From contig JBLWVX010000005.1 of assembly GCA_048268245.1 (NCBI GenBank), forward strand, positions 10,186 through 74,185: 64,000 nt of DNA, in the 5' to 3' direction. The DNA is from Arcobacteraceae bacterium. Lineage in GTDB: Bacteria; Campylobacterota; Campylobacteria; Campylobacterales; Arcobacteraceae. Of the stretch, positions 40,341 to 52,411 are shown one piece after another (position 1 is the stretch's first letter; each line of letters begins with the position of its first letter). Both the position numbers and the translations under genes were made by a program. Under the pieces are notes generated by a model, which saw only the letters and a program-made list of their open reading frames with translations, made no database searches and was not told where the DNA came from.

Positions 40341-42092
40341 TTGAGAACACATTATTGTACAGAAGTAACTGAAAATATCATCGGTGAAAAAGTTACTGTT
40401 GCTGGATGGGTAAACAGTAGAAGAGACCACGGTGGAATTATATTTATTGATTTAAGAGATAAGGGTGGAATAGTTCAACTAGTAGCTGACCCTAAAGAGT
40501 TAGATGTAGCAGAGTCTGTAAGAGATGAGTTTGTTTTAATTGCAACTGGTACTGTAAGACAAAGAGGTGAAGGATTAGAAAATCCAAACTTAATTACTGG
40601 AAAAATCGAAATTGTATTAGATGAATTAGTAATTGAAAATAGATCTAAACCAATGCCATTTGATTTAAATGATGAAAAAGTTAATGATGAGATTAAATTA
40701 AGAAATAGATTCTTAGAGTTAAGATCAGATAAAATGTATGACATTTTCAAGTTAAGATCAAAAGCAACTATTCAAGTTAGAAACACTTTAGATGAATTAG
40801 GTTTCTTAGATGTTGAAACTCCTATATTAACAAAATCAACTCCAGAGGGAGCTAGAGATTATCTTGTACCATCAAGAGTTCACCCAGGTGAGTTTTATGC
40901 ACTACCTCAATCTCCACAATTATTTAAACAATTATTAATGGTATCTGGATTCGATAAGTATTTCCAAATTGCTAAATGTTTTAGAGATGAAGATTTAAGA
41001 GCTGATAGACAGCCTGAATTTACTCAAATAGATGTTGAAATGAGTTTCTGTGATCAAGAAGATGTAATCAAAGTAGCTGAAAAATTAATTTACGATACAT
41101 TTACAGCTTGTGGTAAAGAAGTTCCTACTAAATTCCCAAGAATTACTTATGCAGATGCTATGGAAAAATATGGTTCAGATAAACCTGATTTAAGATTTGA
41201 TATGGCTATGGTAGATGTTATTGATATTTTTGCTAACTCTACAAATGAAATCTTTGCATCAATTGCAAAAGATACAAAAAACAACAGAATCAAAGCTTTA
41301 AGATGTCCAAATGGAGATAATATTTTCTCTAAAAGACAAATGAAAGGTTTTGAAGATTACGTTAGAAAGTTTGGAGCTAAAGGTTTAGGTTACTTCCAAA
41401 TGAAAGAAGATGGATTAAAAGGTCCATTAACTAAGTTCTTCTCAGAAGAGGATTTAGAAGCAATTGTTAAAACAACTGAATTAGAAGTTGGTGATGTTGT
41501 ATTCTTTGGTGCAGGTGATAAAAAGACTGTATGGGATTACATGGGAAGATTTAGACTTTATTTAGCAGAGCAAATGGATATTATTCCTGCTGATGTTTAT
41601 GAGTTTGTATGGGTTGTTGATTTCCCAATGTTTGAAGTTGAAGATGGAAGAACAAAAGCATTACACCATCCATTTACTATGCCAAACTTAGAAAAATGTG
41701 ATTTAGATAATATTGAAGATATCGAAGATATTGAATCAATTGCTTATGACATTGTATTAAATGGTACTGAGCTTGGTGGTGGTTCTATCAGAATTCATAA
41801 AGAAGAAATTCAAGCTAAAGTATTTAAGCTTATGGGAATTTCTGATGAAGAAGCTAAAGAGAAATTTGGATTCTTATTAGATGCACTTCAATATGGTGCA
41901 CCATCTCATGGTGGTTTTGCAATGGGACTTGATAGAATGATTATGTTACTTGCAGGAACTGACTCAATTAGAGATGTTATTGCATTCCCTAAAACTCAAA
42001 AAGCTCAATGTTTATTAACTCAAGCTCCAAGTGAAGTTGATGCTGAGCAATTAAAAGAGTTAAGCTTAAGAATTAGAAAATTAGAACAATAA
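40341..42092 (+). CDS. aspS: Aspartate--tRNA ligase
   Basis: [41 protein letters not shown]; probable TTG start 40341 after GGAG. Confidence 0.97.
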   Translation: MRTHYCTEVTENIIGEKVTVAGWVNSRRDHGGIIFIDLRDKGGIVQLVADPKELDVAESVRDEFVLIATGTVRQRGEGLENPNLITGKIEIVLDELVIENRSKPMPFDLNDEKVNDEIKLRNRFLELRSDKMYDIFKLRSKATIQVRNTLDELGFLDVETPILTKSTPEGARDYLVPSRVHPGEFYALPQSPQLFKQLLMVSGFDKYFQIAKCFRDEDLRADRQPEFTQIDVEMSFCDQEDVIKVAEKLIYDTFTACGKEVPTKFPRITYADAMEKYGSDKPDLRFDMAMVDVIDIFANSTNEIFASIAKDTKNNRIKALRCPNGDNIFSKRQMKGFEDYVRKFGAKGLGYFQMKEDGLKGPLTKFFSEEDLEAIVKTTELEVGDVVFFGAGDKKTVWDYMGRFRLYLAEQMDIIPADVYEFVWVVDFPMFEVEDGRTKALHHPFTMPNLEKCDLDNIEDIEDIESIAYDIVLNGTELGGGSIRIHKEEIQAKVFKLMGISDEEAKEKFGFLLDALQYGAPSHGGFAMGLDRMIMLLAGTDSIRDVIAFPKTQKAQCLLTQAPSEVDAEQLKELSLRIRKLEQ

Positions 42093-42111
42093 GTTTTATT
42101 AGGTAAGAATT

Positions 42112-42906
42112 GTGAAAAAAACTCTTTTTTTACTAATTCTTCCTTTATTGGCATTTAGTAAGTTTCAAATAACTGTCTATATGCCAATAGAAGAGTTTTT
42201 TATAAAGAAAATAGCTCAAAACTATGTTCGAGCTAAGAAGATAACTTTATACTACACTGACCAAGAAATTGATTTAAAATACTCTGATCTTTCTAGACTA
42301 GCTAATACTAGAGCTTATTTTCATTTTGGATTAAATATTGAAAAATCTTATATTAAAAAATTGAAAGAAATAAATCCTCAACTAAAAATATATGACTTAT
42401 CTGTAGGAATAAATAAATTAAAACTAAAAGATGGAACAGTAAATCCATATATTTGGACTGATCCTTTGATATTAAGAGATGTTGCTACTAATATTTATGA
42501 GTATTTAATTGAACTTGATTCAATAAATCAAGAGCACTACAAAAGAAATTATGAATTACTACTTGCCAAACTTGATAAACTTTTTTTAGATATAAGAAAC
42601 AACTTATATGAAAGTGAAATATACAATATATATGTATTTGATGATTACTGGGATTATTTTGCAAATAGATTTACTCTTAATTTATATAAAAGAGAAAAAA
42701 AGATTATAAAAGCAAATGAATTAGAGGATATTAAAAAGTTTGCAAATCTAAATGAAATAAAAGCAATTTTAATAAAAGATAAAAATGATATTAATTATGC
42801 TAAGTCTCTTGCTGATGAAATGAATATCATTATAAAAGAACATGATATATTCGAAGAATTATTCTTTTTTAACCTAGAAACACTATCTAAAAAATTATCA
42901 AAATAG
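42112..42906 (+). CDS. ZnuA/TroA-like solute-binding protein (metal ligands degenerate)
   Basis: Signal peptide; NPYIWTDP, Y..NY..L, WDYFA. Confidence 0.7.
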   Translation: MKKTLFLLILPLLAFSKFQITVYMPIEEFFIKKIAQNYVRAKKITLYYTDQEIDLKYSDLSRLANTRAYFHFGLNIEKSYIKKLKEINPQLKIYDLSVGINKLKLKDGTVNPYIWTDPLILRDVATNIYEYLIELDSINQEHYKRNYELLLAKLDKLFLDIRNNLYESEIYNIYVFDDYWDYFANRFTLNLYKREKKIIKANELEDIKKFANLNEIKAILIKDKNDINYAKSLADEMNIIIKEHDIFEELFFFNLETLSKKLSK

Positions 42907-43006
42907 TTATTATAAATTATACAAGAGTATAAAAACTATACACTCTAATAAAAATTATTTCTTCTTTGTAATGTATAATTTATACATACAAATTGGGAGA
43001 ATTTAT

Positions 43007-45586
43007 ATGTCAAAAAAGTTTATTAATTACAAAGGTATAAATGTAAAAAAAGAATTATATCCTATTATTAAGCATATTGAAGATGTTGACAAATATAGAG
43101 AAGAGTTGGGAAGACTTAGCTCTTCTTGGGATATTTTTGCTCTTTTAGGTCAATTAGGAGATATTAATATTGACATTGGAAAAACAAAAGAGAATTTTTT
43201 AAACCTAACATCTACTTTATTAAATCACTTAAGTGAAGAAACTATTAAAAAAGCTACTGCTGAGATGAAATTTAAATCACAAGTTGCTATTGATGTTGTT
43301 ATTAGAAATCTATTTGAAAGAACTGCAGATATTGGATTTTTAGCTACAGATGATGATATTAGAAACTTCATACAAACATATGTTTCAGATTATAATGAAG
43401 AGAGTTTAGAACTAAAAAAACAAATCCAAAAAAGATTTAAAGAGTATGTTGCTAAGTACTCTGTATATTTTGATATTGTACTTGTAAATCCAAATGGAAA
43501 AGTAATTGCAAGATTAGATGAAACAAATAAAATCGATAAAATAGATAATAGTTTTATCCAAGAAGTATTAAATACAAGTGATGAATATGTGGAAACTTAT
43601 AAGCATCATGATTTTATCCCCCAATATAAAAAGACATTAGTATACTCATATAAAGTTACAAAAACAAATAATCCAAATAGTGAAAATCTTGGGGTTTTAT
43701 GTTTATGTTTTAGGTTTACAGATGAAATGAAAGGTATTTTTAAAAACCTAATTGATACAAGAAATAAAGAGGCTTTAAGTATCCTAGATGAAGATGGGAG
43801 AGTAATAGCTTCAAGTGATAGATCATATATTCCTTTAGGAGCTAAATTACCTATTGTTTTAAATGAAGACTATAAAGTTGTAACGTTCTCAGGAAGAGAC
43901 TATATAGCTAAAACTTGTAAAACAAATGGTTACCAAGGCTTTAAAGGTCTTAAATGGTATGGACATATAATGATACCTATTGAGTACGCTTTTTTAAGTG
44001 ATGATTTAAACCCTATTGATACGGATGATAATATTATTGAAGCTATGATGGATAATGAAGAACATTTTTCAAAAGAGCTTAAAGATGTATTTAATAAAAG
44101 TAGAACAATTCAAGATAATTTAAGTCGTGTAATTTGGAATGGTAATATTGCTCAAAGTAAATTAAATTCATCAAATAGAGGTTTTTCAAAGTCACTACTG
44201 AATGAAATTGGTATTACTGGAATTAAAGCAAACTCTTCTTTAGAGAATTTAAATCAAACTATTATCACATCAATTTTAAAAGATAGTGAATTTTTATCTT
44301 TTTTAGCTATTGATATTATGGATAGAAACCTTTATGAAAGAGCAAATGACTGTAGATGGTGGGCTTTAACTTCTTATTTTAGAGAAGCTTTAGATGATAT
44401 GAACTCAATTGCTCACAAAAAAGATGAGATTACATCTATTTTAAAATATATAAATGACTTATATACAGTTTATACAAATTTACTTATTTTTGATAAAGAT
44501 GGAAAAGTAATAGCTGTGTCAAATGATAAAGATGAGTATTTAGTAGGAAAGGTATTATCTCAAGAGTGGGTTGGAAAAACTTTAACTTTAGGTGATACTT
44601 CAAAATATACAGTATCAAAGTTTGAAAAAACAAATCTTTATAACAATGAACCAACATATGTTTATTGTTCTGCAATTAGGTCTTTTAAAAATGAAAAACA
44701 AATAAATGGTGGTATTGCAATTGTTTTTGATTCGACACCTCAGTTTCATGCAATGCTTGAAGAAACACTTCCTTCAAATAAAAGTGGAGTTTTTGCTGTA
44801 TTTACCAATAGGTCAAAGAAGATAATCTCTTCTACAAATAGTAATTTGGAAGTTGATGGTTTCTTAGATATTGATGATAAATTCTTTTCAATAGAGAATG
44901 GTCATAAATATAGTGAAATTATTGAATATAATGGTTGCTATTATGCTATTGGTGCACGATGTTCTATGGGATATAGAGAATATAAAAGTAGAGTTGATGA
45001 TTATAAGAATGATGTTTTATGTTTAGTATTTATTAAAATTGGTGATATTGAAAATAGTAATAAAATACTATCTAATAAAAACAATACATTTACAGATCAA
45101 AATGAAACGAAAAAGTTTACAAAAGATAGTACTGAACTTGCAACATTCAATATTGGAAACAAGTTTTTAGCAGTTGAAGCTCAAAATGTATTAGAATCAA
45201 TTTCTATTGATGAGTTAGAAGAGTCTATTGATATTGATAAAAACAATCCCTTTAAAGGTATGGTTTTATACAAAGATAGGTTGATTTCTGTTTTAGATAT
45301 TAGAGACTTTATAAATGTTGAAGTTGAAGATGATGAGCTTAATAATATCATTTTATTTGAGTATGACAAAGATAATATAGAACATTGTATTGGAATAATG
45401 GTTTCTACTTTACAAAGTATTAGTGTTGTTCAAAGAAGTTCAATTCAACATATAGAAAACCACTTTTTAGGTTCAGGTACATTAGTTCAAAGTTTAGTTG
45501 ATATTACAGACAATAATGAGTCAAAAGTAGCAATGATTTTAGATATTAAGAAAATCGATGATAACCTGACACAAAGGGTAGGGTAG
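43007..45586 (+). CDS. Soluble tandem Cache-like domain protein with C-terminal CheW domain
   Basis: Two repeats RNLFERTAD / RNLYERAND; C-terminal ATFNIG..FLAV, LISVLD, IGIMV; start set at ATG 43007 after GGGAGA. Confidence 0.75.
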   Translation: MSKKFINYKGINVKKELYPIIKHIEDVDKYREELGRLSSSWDIFALLGQLGDINIDIGKTKENFLNLTSTLLNHLSEETIKKATAEMKFKSQVAIDVVIRNLFERTADIGFLATDDDIRNFIQTYVSDYNEESLELKKQIQKRFKEYVAKYSVYFDIVLVNPNGKVIARLDETNKIDKIDNSFIQEVLNTSDEYVETYKHHDFIPQYKKTLVYSYKVTKTNNPNSENLGVLCLCFRFTDEMKGIFKNLIDTRNKEALSILDEDGRVIASSDRSYIPLGAKLPIVLNEDYKVVTFSGRDYIAKTCKTNGYQGFKGLKWYGHIMIPIEYAFLSDDLNPIDTDDNIIEAMMDNEEHFSKELKDVFNKSRTIQDNLSRVIWNGNIAQSKLNSSNRGFSKSLLNEIGITGIKANSSLENLNQTIITSILKDSEFLSFLAIDIMDRNLYERANDCRWWALTSYFREALDDMNSIAHKKDEITSILKYINDLYTVYTNLLIFDKDGKVIAVSNDKDEYLVGKVLSQEWVGKTLTLGDTSKYTVSKFEKTNLYNNEPTYVYCSAIRSFKNEKQINGGIAIVFDSTPQFHAMLEETLPSNKSGVFAVFTNRSKKIISSTNSNLEVDGFLDIDDKFFSIENGHKYSEIIEYNGCYYAIGARCSMGYREYKSRVDDYKNDVLCLVFIKIGDIENSNKILSNKNNTFTDQNETKKFTKDSTELATFNIGNKFLAVEAQNVLESISIDELEESIDIDKNNPFKGMVLYKDRLISVLDIRDFINVEVEDDELNNIILFEYDKDNIEHCIGIMVSTLQSISVVQRSSIQHIENHFLGSGTLVQSLVDITDNNESKVAMILDIKKIDDNLTQRVG

Positions 45587-45665
45587 AAGCTTTATAGTAT
45601 ATGTTAAAACATATTGTGGCACAATACGAAAAATATAAATACAAATAAATTTAAAAGAATATATA

Positions 45666-47447
45666 ATGAGCCATAATAAAAAACCAAATAAATTTTTACC
45701 AACAACTAAAGAGGAAATGAAACAAAGAGGTTGGGATGAACTAGACGTTGTCCTAATAACAGGAGATGCCTATATAGACTCTCCTTTCATGGGAATTGCA
45801 GTTGTTGGAAGAATATTAGAAGATATAGGATTAAGAGTTGGAATAATAGGGCAACCTGATGTTGATTCTGATGTTGATATCAAAAGATTAGGTGAACCAA
45901 AACTTTTTTGGGGTGTAAGTGGTGGAAGTATTGACTCTATGGTGTCAAACTATACTGCTACAAAGAAGTTTAGAAATTCAGATGATTACACTCCTGGTGG
46001 AAAAAACGATAAAAGACCAGATAGAGCTACTTTAGTATATACAAATCTAATTAGAAGACATTTTAAAAATACAGTTCCTGTTGTTCTTGGAGGAATTGAG
46101 GCAAGTCTTAGAAGATTAACTCACTATGATTACTGGACAAATAAGCTTAGAAAGCCAATACTTTTTGATTCAAAAGCTGACTATATGATTTATGGTATGG
46201 GTGAACAAGCTATTATTGATTTAGGAAATACTTTAAGACAGGGTGGAGATCCAAGAAATATTAGAGGACTTTGCTATATTTCAAAAGAAGCACCTACTGA
46301 TGAAAACTTCAAAGAAATACCATCACATCAAGAGTGTTTAGATGATAAAGAAAAATACATAGACCTTTTTAGAGATTTTTATGATAATAATGACCCAATA
46401 TACTCAAAAGGGCTTTATCAAAAAGTTGATAATCGATATCTAATCCAAAATCCACCAAGTGACCATATGGATGAAGATGAAATGGATAAAATAGCATCTT
46501 TTCCATATCAAAGAGATGCCCATCCCTATCATAAAAAAGATGGAAAAGTTAAGTGTTTAGAGACTATCAAGTTTTCAATTATGACTCACCATGGATGTTG
46601 GGGAGAGTGTAACTTCTGTGCTATTGCTGCTCACCAAGGTAGAACTATTAGAACAAGAAGTGAAAAAAACATCTTAGAAGAAGCAAAATCTTTTACTAAA
46701 ATGAAAGACTTTAAAGGAATTATCTCTGATGTTGGTGGTCCAACTGCTAATATGTACGGTTATGAGTGTAAAAAGAAAATGAAACTTGGAACTTGTGTGG
46801 ATAATAAAAGATGTGTAGATGCAACAAGACTTTGTAGAACAATGAAAGTTGACCATAGTAGAAACATACAACTTTTAAAAGATATTAGAGAAATTCCAGG
46901 AATTAAAAAAGCCTTTGTAGCTTCTGGTGTTAGATATGATTTAATTACTGCTGATAAAAAACATGGGTATGAGTATTTAAAAGAGATGGTTGACCATCAT
47001 ATTTCAGGTCAAATGAAAGTTGCACCTGAACATACTAGTGATGAAGTGCTTCATCATATGGGAAAACCTGGAAAACAAACACTTATTGATTTTAAAAAGA
47101 TGTATGATAGATTAAATAAAGAATCAGGTAAAAAACAGTTCCTAACATACTATTTAATTGCAGCTCATCCTGGGTGTGAAGAGAAGCATATGAAAGAGCT
47201 TAAGGATTTCACTACAAATGAACTTAAGATGAATCCAGAACAAGCACAAGTATTTACCCCAACACCAGGTACTTATTCTGCTGTAATGTATTATACAGGT
47301 CTTGATCCATTTACAAAGAAAAAAATCTTCGTAGAAAAAGATCCAAGAAGAAAAGAGAAGCAAAAAGAGATTGTTATTAAAAAACATAAATTTAACCACT
47401 ATGGTGGAACAAAGAAAAGAGAATTCGGTGCAGGAATGCAAGGGTAA
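45666..47447 (+). CDS. YgiQ-family radical SAM protein
   Basis: GDAYIDSP, GCWGECNFC CxxxCxxC, GGPTANMY, VAPEH. Confidence 0.92.
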   Translation: MSHNKKPNKFLPTTKEEMKQRGWDELDVVLITGDAYIDSPFMGIAVVGRILEDIGLRVGIIGQPDVDSDVDIKRLGEPKLFWGVSGGSIDSMVSNYTATKKFRNSDDYTPGGKNDKRPDRATLVYTNLIRRHFKNTVPVVLGGIEASLRRLTHYDYWTNKLRKPILFDSKADYMIYGMGEQAIIDLGNTLRQGGDPRNIRGLCYISKEAPTDENFKEIPSHQECLDDKEKYIDLFRDFYDNNDPIYSKGLYQKVDNRYLIQNPPSDHMDEDEMDKIASFPYQRDAHPYHKKDGKVKCLETIKFSIMTHHGCWGECNFCAIAAHQGRTIRTRSEKNILEEAKSFTKMKDFKGIISDVGGPTANMYGYECKKKMKLGTCVDNKRCVDATRLCRTMKVDHSRNIQLLKDIREIPGIKKAFVASGVRYDLITADKKHGYEYLKEMVDHHISGQMKVAPEHTSDEVLHHMGKPGKQTLIDFKKMYDRLNKESGKKQFLTYYLIAAHPGCEEKHMKELKDFTTNELKMNPEQAQVFTPTPGTYSAVMYYTGLDPFTKKKIFVEKDPRRKEKQKEIVIKKHKFNHYGGTKKREFGAGMQG

Positions 47448-47545
47448 CTCTTTTTAAATCAAGGTATTCTTTACCTTTGATTTAATAACATTTTCGATAA
47501 AATCTCATTATTAAAAACTTAAATATACTCAAGGAAAATCTATAT

Positions 47546-48130
47546 ATGAAAAAACTATTTTTAATCATTGGAGCTCCAGGTTCTGGAAAAACTACTGATG
47601 CTGAACTAATCGCACAAAAACATGAAGATATTACACACTATTCTGCTGGTGGTATGTTTAGAGCTGAGGTTGCAAGTGGTAGTGACAGAGGACAATTAAT
47701 AGACTCTTTTATTTCAAAAGGTCTTATTGTTCCTATTGATATTGCAATTGAAACTATAGTAGATGCTATTAAAAATGCTCCAACAAAAGTAGTAATAATT
47801 GATGGTTATCCAAGATCAAATGAGCAAATGACTGAACTTGATAAATACTTAGAGAATGAAAAAGAAGTTGAATTATCAAGTGTTATTGAAGTTGAAGTAT
47901 CAAAAGATACTGCTTTTAAAAGAGTTTTAGGAAGAGCTGCAGTTGATGAGGTTGTAAGAGCTGATGATAATGAAGAAGTATTTTTAAATAGAATGAGAGT
48001 TTATACTGAGCCATTAAAAGAGATTCAAGAGTTTTATCAAGAGAAAAACTTACATAAGGTAATTTCAGGTGAAGGAACTATTGAGCAGATTGTAAGTGAA
48101 ATGAATGAGTTTATTGAATCTAAAATCTAA
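47546..48130 (+). CDS. adk: Adenylate kinase
   Basis: [19 protein letters not shown]. Confidence 0.88.
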   Translation: MKKLFLIIGAPGSGKTTDAELIAQKHEDITHYSAGGMFRAEVASGSDRGQLIDSFISKGLIVPIDIAIETIVDAIKNAPTKVVIIDGYPRSNEQMTELDKYLENEKEVELSSVIEVEVSKDTAFKRVLGRAAVDEVVRADDNEEVFLNRMRVYTEPLKEIQEFYQEKNLHKVISGEGTIEQIVSEMNEFIESKI

Positions 48131-48885
48131 TGGTAAAAAAAGTTAATTTCTACTCAGTTATTATTGGAACTGAGCTATTAAATGGGCGACGAAAAGATGC
48201 CCATTTTTCCTTTTTGAATGAACAACTATTAAGAAGAGGTTGGGAACATAAAGCCTCTTTTGTAATAGAAGATGACACAGAGCTAATGCTAAATATCTTT
48301 AATCTTATAAAAGCTGATAAAAACTCTGTTATGTTTTGTTTTGGTGGTATTGGTTCAACTCCGGATGATTATACAAGACAAACAGCTGCAAAAGCTTTTA
48401 CTGATTCAAAGATGGAATTTCATAAAGAGTCAAAAAGAAAAATAGAGAATAGATTTAAAGAAGAAGCATATCCTCATAGAATAAATATGGCATATCTTCC
48501 TATAAATGCAAAATTACTTCAAAATGTAGTAAATGACATACCAGGGTTTTATTTAGAAGATAGATTCTTCTTTACACCAGGATTTCCTTCAATGAGTCAA
48601 AGTATGGTAATAGAAGCATTAGATAAGTTGTATCCTAAAAGTACTGCTAAATATAAAAGAGTTTTAACTGCATCTTGCGGTGAAAATGATTTAATTGATA
48701 TTATGAAAAAAATGCCAAGTCATTTAGATTTTGCATCATTACCTAAAATAATAGATGAAAAAAGAAAAGTAGTAATTTTTCTTGCAGGATATGAAAGTGC
48801 TGAGGTTGATGAAAACTTTCAACTTTTTATAGATTATTTAGAAGAAAATGAAGTAGAGTATGTTTTAAAAGATATAAGTTTTTAA
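48130..48885 (+). CDS. CinA/molybdopterin-binding-like competence/damage-inducible protein
   Basis: IIGTELLNG, GGIGSTPDD.TR, PGFP. Confidence 0.85.
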   Translation: MVKKVNFYSVIIGTELLNGRRKDAHFSFLNEQLLRRGWEHKASFVIEDDTELMLNIFNLIKADKNSVMFCFGGIGSTPDDYTRQTAAKAFTDSKMEFHKESKRKIENRFKEEAYPHRINMAYLPINAKLLQNVVNDIPGFYLEDRFFFTPGFPSMSQSMVIEALDKLYPKSTAKYKRVLTASCGENDLIDIMKKMPSHLDFASLPKIIDEKRKVVIFLAGYESAEVDENFQLFIDYLEENEVEYVLKDISF

Positions 48886-48893
48886 ATAGTTAT

Positions 48894-49460
48894 CTACTCT
48901 ACGGGTTTATTATAATCTCCAATTTGCCAACCTTTGTCTTTTGGGTATTTAGCTAAATTATAATCCCTCCAAACTTTTTTACATAGTTTATCACCTTTTT
49001 CATACTGCTTTTTAGCAAAGACATGGGCTCTTCCAAAGTTTGGAAAGGCACCTTTCCCACTTGCATACATATAAGAAATATAGCAATTTGCTTTATACTC
49101 TTTTTGTTTTGAGGCTTCTTTGAAATAGTATAAAGCTTTATCATAGTCTTTAGGTGTTGTTATTCCTTGTAAAAAAAGCCTACCTGCAATTAGTTGTGAT
49201 TTTGCATGACCTTTATTTGCTGCGTATACAAAGCTATTGTATGCTTTTATCTTATCATAGTATTTAGTTTTTTTAGATAGATATATTTTCCCTAAAGTAT
49301 AATAGGCATCTAAGTTTTTGTTCTCTTTTGAAAGTAAAAGTAAAGTATATGCTTTATCAATATCTTTATTTTTTATGTATTTTAAGGCTTCATCATAGTA
49401 GTTTGTTGTTGCAAATAGTAAGTTTGATAAAATACTCAAGGCAACAACAGTTTTTTTCAT
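48894..49460 (-). CDS. Secreted Sel1-like repeat protein
   Basis: Signal peptide; [30 protein letters not shown]. Confidence 0.85.
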   Translation of the reverse strand: MKKTVVALSILSNLLFATTNYYDEALKYIKNKDIDKAYTLLLLSKENKNLDAYYTLGKIYLSKKTKYYDKIKAYNSFVYAANKGHAKSQLIAGRLFLQGITTPKDYDKALYYFKEASKQKEYKANCYISYMYASGKGAFPNFGRAHVFAKKQYEKGDKLCKKVWRDYNLAKYPKDKGWQIGDYNKPVE

Positions 49461-50479
49461 ACTATTTGCCTTGGTATTTGTGTGTTAAGTGTTGTTATGA
49501 TTTCATAAGTAATAGTATCATGAATCTTTGCTAAATCCTTTGCATCATCAAAAATACATACTTCTTTTTCATCACAGTTTAATGATAAGTTATCCATAGA
49601 TACTCTTCCTAAAATTCTATAACCTTTAGGTGTAAAGTATTCAGTTCTTTCATTTATTCTTAAAAATCCATCGCCATAACCTAAGTCATATGTTGAAGCT
49701 ATCATGTCTTCTTTTGCTTTATATGTTCCACCATATCCAATAGTTTGACCTTTAGTTATTTTTCTAGTAGCAATTTTTTTAGCCCAAAGTGATAAAACAG
49801 GTTTTAAAGCTGGTACCTTTAAAGGTTTTTTATTTTCAATATAACCATAAGTGGCTATTCCAACTCTAGCAAAATCTTCATCAAAGTGGTTATGTCTAAA
49901 TAAAGCAGAAGAGTTACAAGAATGGAACTTTGGAAGTGGTAGTGAAAGTTTTTCACATAAATTCACAACTATTCTTTTAACCTCCTTAAAATTCTCATTT
50001 TGCCAATAAAACTCTGTTGATAATTCATCTGCACTTCTATGATGAGTAAATACTCCAGTAATGTTTACATTTTTCTTACATAAGCCTTCAATACATTCTT
50101 CTAGTTCATTTATTGAAATTCCATTTCTATGCATTCCCGTATCAACTTTTATATGAACATTAGCATTTTCTGGCAAATTGCTAATATTTTCTATGGAGTT
50201 TAAGGCTATGTGAAAAGTCTGTGAATAAGTAGGAAAATTTGTTTCAGCTAGGATTAATATATAGTCAAATAATTTTTCTATTTTAATAGCTTCTTCATAG
50301 GTTCTAACCACTGCTTTTTTTATACCAAATTCACTTGCCATAGTGGCTATCTCAACTAATCCATGACCATAAGCATTGTCTTTTAGTACAACGGCTACTT
50401 TTTCTTTACTTCCTGCATACTTTTTGATTATTTCTAGGTTATGAAATAAGTTTTCTTTACTTAATAGGATTTTTGCCAA
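49457..50479 (-). CDS. alr: Alanine racemase
   Basis: [30 protein letters not shown]. Confidence 0.95.
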   Translation of the reverse strand: MAKILLSKENLFHNLEIIKKYAGSKEKVAVVLKDNAYGHGLVEIATMASEFGIKKAVVRTYEEAIKIEKLFDYILILAETNFPTYSQTFHIALNSIENISNLPENANVHIKVDTGMHRNGISINELEECIEGLCKKNVNITGVFTHHRSADELSTEFYWQNENFKEVKRIVVNLCEKLSLPLPKFHSCNSSALFRHNHFDEDFARVGIATYGYIENKKPLKVPALKPVLSLWAKKIATRKITKGQTIGYGGTYKAKEDMIASTYDLGYGDGFLRINERTEYFTPKGYRILGRVSMDNLSLNCDEKEVCIFDDAKDLAKIHDTITYEIITTLNTQIPRQIV

Positions 50480-50483
50480 ACTA

Positions 50484-52334
50484 TTATTCCCCGTTTTCTT
50501 TAAAATAATTATATATTAGGTTTGCATCTTTTTCATTTATAACTTCTTTTAATTCTTCAACTGATGCATTTTTAATTTTTTCAAACTCTCCAAAGTATAA
50601 AAGAAGTTTTTTAACTTTTGCTTCACCAATACCTTTTATTTGAAGTAATGAAATCTGTTTATCTTCTTTTCTTTTTTGTTTTTTGTGAAAGTTGATTACA
50701 AATCTATGGGCTTCATCCCTTTGTCTTTGAACAAATTGAAGTCTTTGGTCACTTGTTTTTAGTTTTATATTTCTAATAGATCCATCTTTATGTTTATAAT
50801 GAACTATATCTTTAGCTGCACCTTTAGCTCTATGGGCTTTTGCATCTACTTTTTCTTTTGCAATAGCTATAATGTCAAGGTTTACACCAACAGATTGAAC
50901 TATATCAAAAGCAAGTTTAAGTAGAGTCTCACCTCCATCAATAACCCATAAATCAGGAGCAGGGTTTTTCTCAAAACTATCAACTCTTCTCATTAGCATT
51001 TCTCTCATTTGAGAGTATTCATCTTTTGATTCTAAGTTATAGTGTCTAAAAGCTTTTCTATCAAAAGAGTTTAACTCTTCATTCCAAACAACCATAGCTC
51101 CAACTGTTGCTTGACCCATCATATGTGAATTATCAAAAGACTCAACTCTATAAGGTAATAAAGATAGGTTAAATAGGTTTTTCAATTCATCATAAATCGT
51201 AGTTTGATTTCTACTTGAAACAATTCTAAGAAGCTCATCACAGTTGCTTAAGGCGATTTCTAAAAGAGTTTTTTTCTTTCCTCTTTGAGGTGTAATTATG
51301 CTTATGTTTCTTTCAAATCTGTTTTTTAAGAACCCTTCTAGCTCTTCTTTATCTTCAACTTCTTGAGCTGTTAATACTTCTTTTGGTAAAAGTGGTATTT
51401 CATTGTCATAGTAGTTAATAATAGCTCTTTTATAGGCTTCATTTAAATCTATGTTTGTATTGTTTTCTAAGAAGTCAAGTTTTACAAAATCGTGGGAAGA
51501 AGAAGTTAGTTTACCATCTCTTATAAACATTCTTACAATCACAGCTTTTTTAGTTCCTGCTTTTATAGCAAATAAGTCTAAATCTTCATTTGTAGCTAAA
51601 TCCATACCTGATTTGATTTGAGATTTTTCTATTGTTTTTATTCTATCTCGAAGTTTCATTGCTTCTTCAAACCTAAACTCTTCTGAGTATTGCATCATTT
51701 TTTCTTCTAGCTTTGAAATTAGCTTTGTTTTATTGTATATAAAATTAAGTGCTTCTTCCACTATTTTTCCATAATCAGCAGTTGAAATTTTACCTTCACA
51801 AGGAGCATGACACTTTTTGATTTGATGGAAAAGACAAGCTTCTTTTCCTTTTACACATGATTTTTTTTGTACAAGAGGAACTATCTCATAAATAGAATCA
51901 AGCATATCTTTTGCCCCTATTGAGTAAGGTCCAAAATATTTAATATTTTTGCCTTTATATACTTTTCTTGTTATTTCAAGTCTAGGAAAAAGCTCATTAT
52001 AATCAACCATAATATAAGGATATGTTTTGTCATCTCTAAGAAGAATATTGTATTTAGGTTTTAACTGTTTTATTAAAGAGTTTTCCAAAATCAAAGCATC
52101 ATGCTCATTTGGAACAACTATCCATTCTAAAGATACAACTTCTGTAATCATTTTATAAATTCTAGGACCTAGTTTATCAGATGGAAGAAGTTTTGGAGTA
52201 AATTTGAAGTATGATCGAACTCTATTTTTAAGTACTTTTGCTTTTCCTATATAAAGTAAATGACCATCTTTATCAAAGTATTGATATACCCCAGCATCAT
52301 TTGGTAGTTGTTTAAGTTTCTCTTCTAATTGCAT
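50484..52334 (-). CDS. uvrC: Excinuclease ABC subunit C
   Basis: [47 protein letters not shown]. Confidence 0.97.
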   Translation of the reverse strand: MQLEEKLKQLPNDAGVYQYFDKDGHLLYIGKAKVLKNRVRSYFKFTPKLLPSDKLGPRIYKMITEVVSLEWIVVPNEHDALILENSLIKQLKPKYNILLRDDKTYPYIMVDYNELFPRLEITRKVYKGKNIKYFGPYSIGAKDMLDSIYEIVPLVQKKSCVKGKEACLFHQIKKCHAPCEGKISTADYGKIVEEALNFIYNKTKLISKLEEKMMQYSEEFRFEEAMKLRDRIKTIEKSQIKSGMDLATNEDLDLFAIKAGTKKAVIVRMFIRDGKLTSSSHDFVKLDFLENNTNIDLNEAYKRAIINYYDNEIPLLPKEVLTAQEVEDKEELEGFLKNRFERNISIITPQRGKKKTLLEIALSNCDELLRIVSSRNQTTIYDELKNLFNLSLLPYRVESFDNSHMMGQATVGAMVVWNEELNSFDRKAFRHYNLESKDEYSQMREMLMRRVDSFEKNPAPDLWVIDGGETLLKLAFDIVQSVGVNLDIIAIAKEKVDAKAHRAKGAAKDIVHYKHKDGSIRNIKLKTSDQRLQFVQRQRDEAHRFVINFHKKQKRKEDKQISLLQIKGIGEAKVKKLLLYFGEFEKIKNASVEELKEVINEKDANLIYNYFKENGE

Positions 52335-52411
52335 TTTGAAATAATATCCAAAAAATGCTTTACAAGAATTATAAGTTTGGTTAAATTTTGTTTAAATAAA
52401 CCTTTAGCTAA

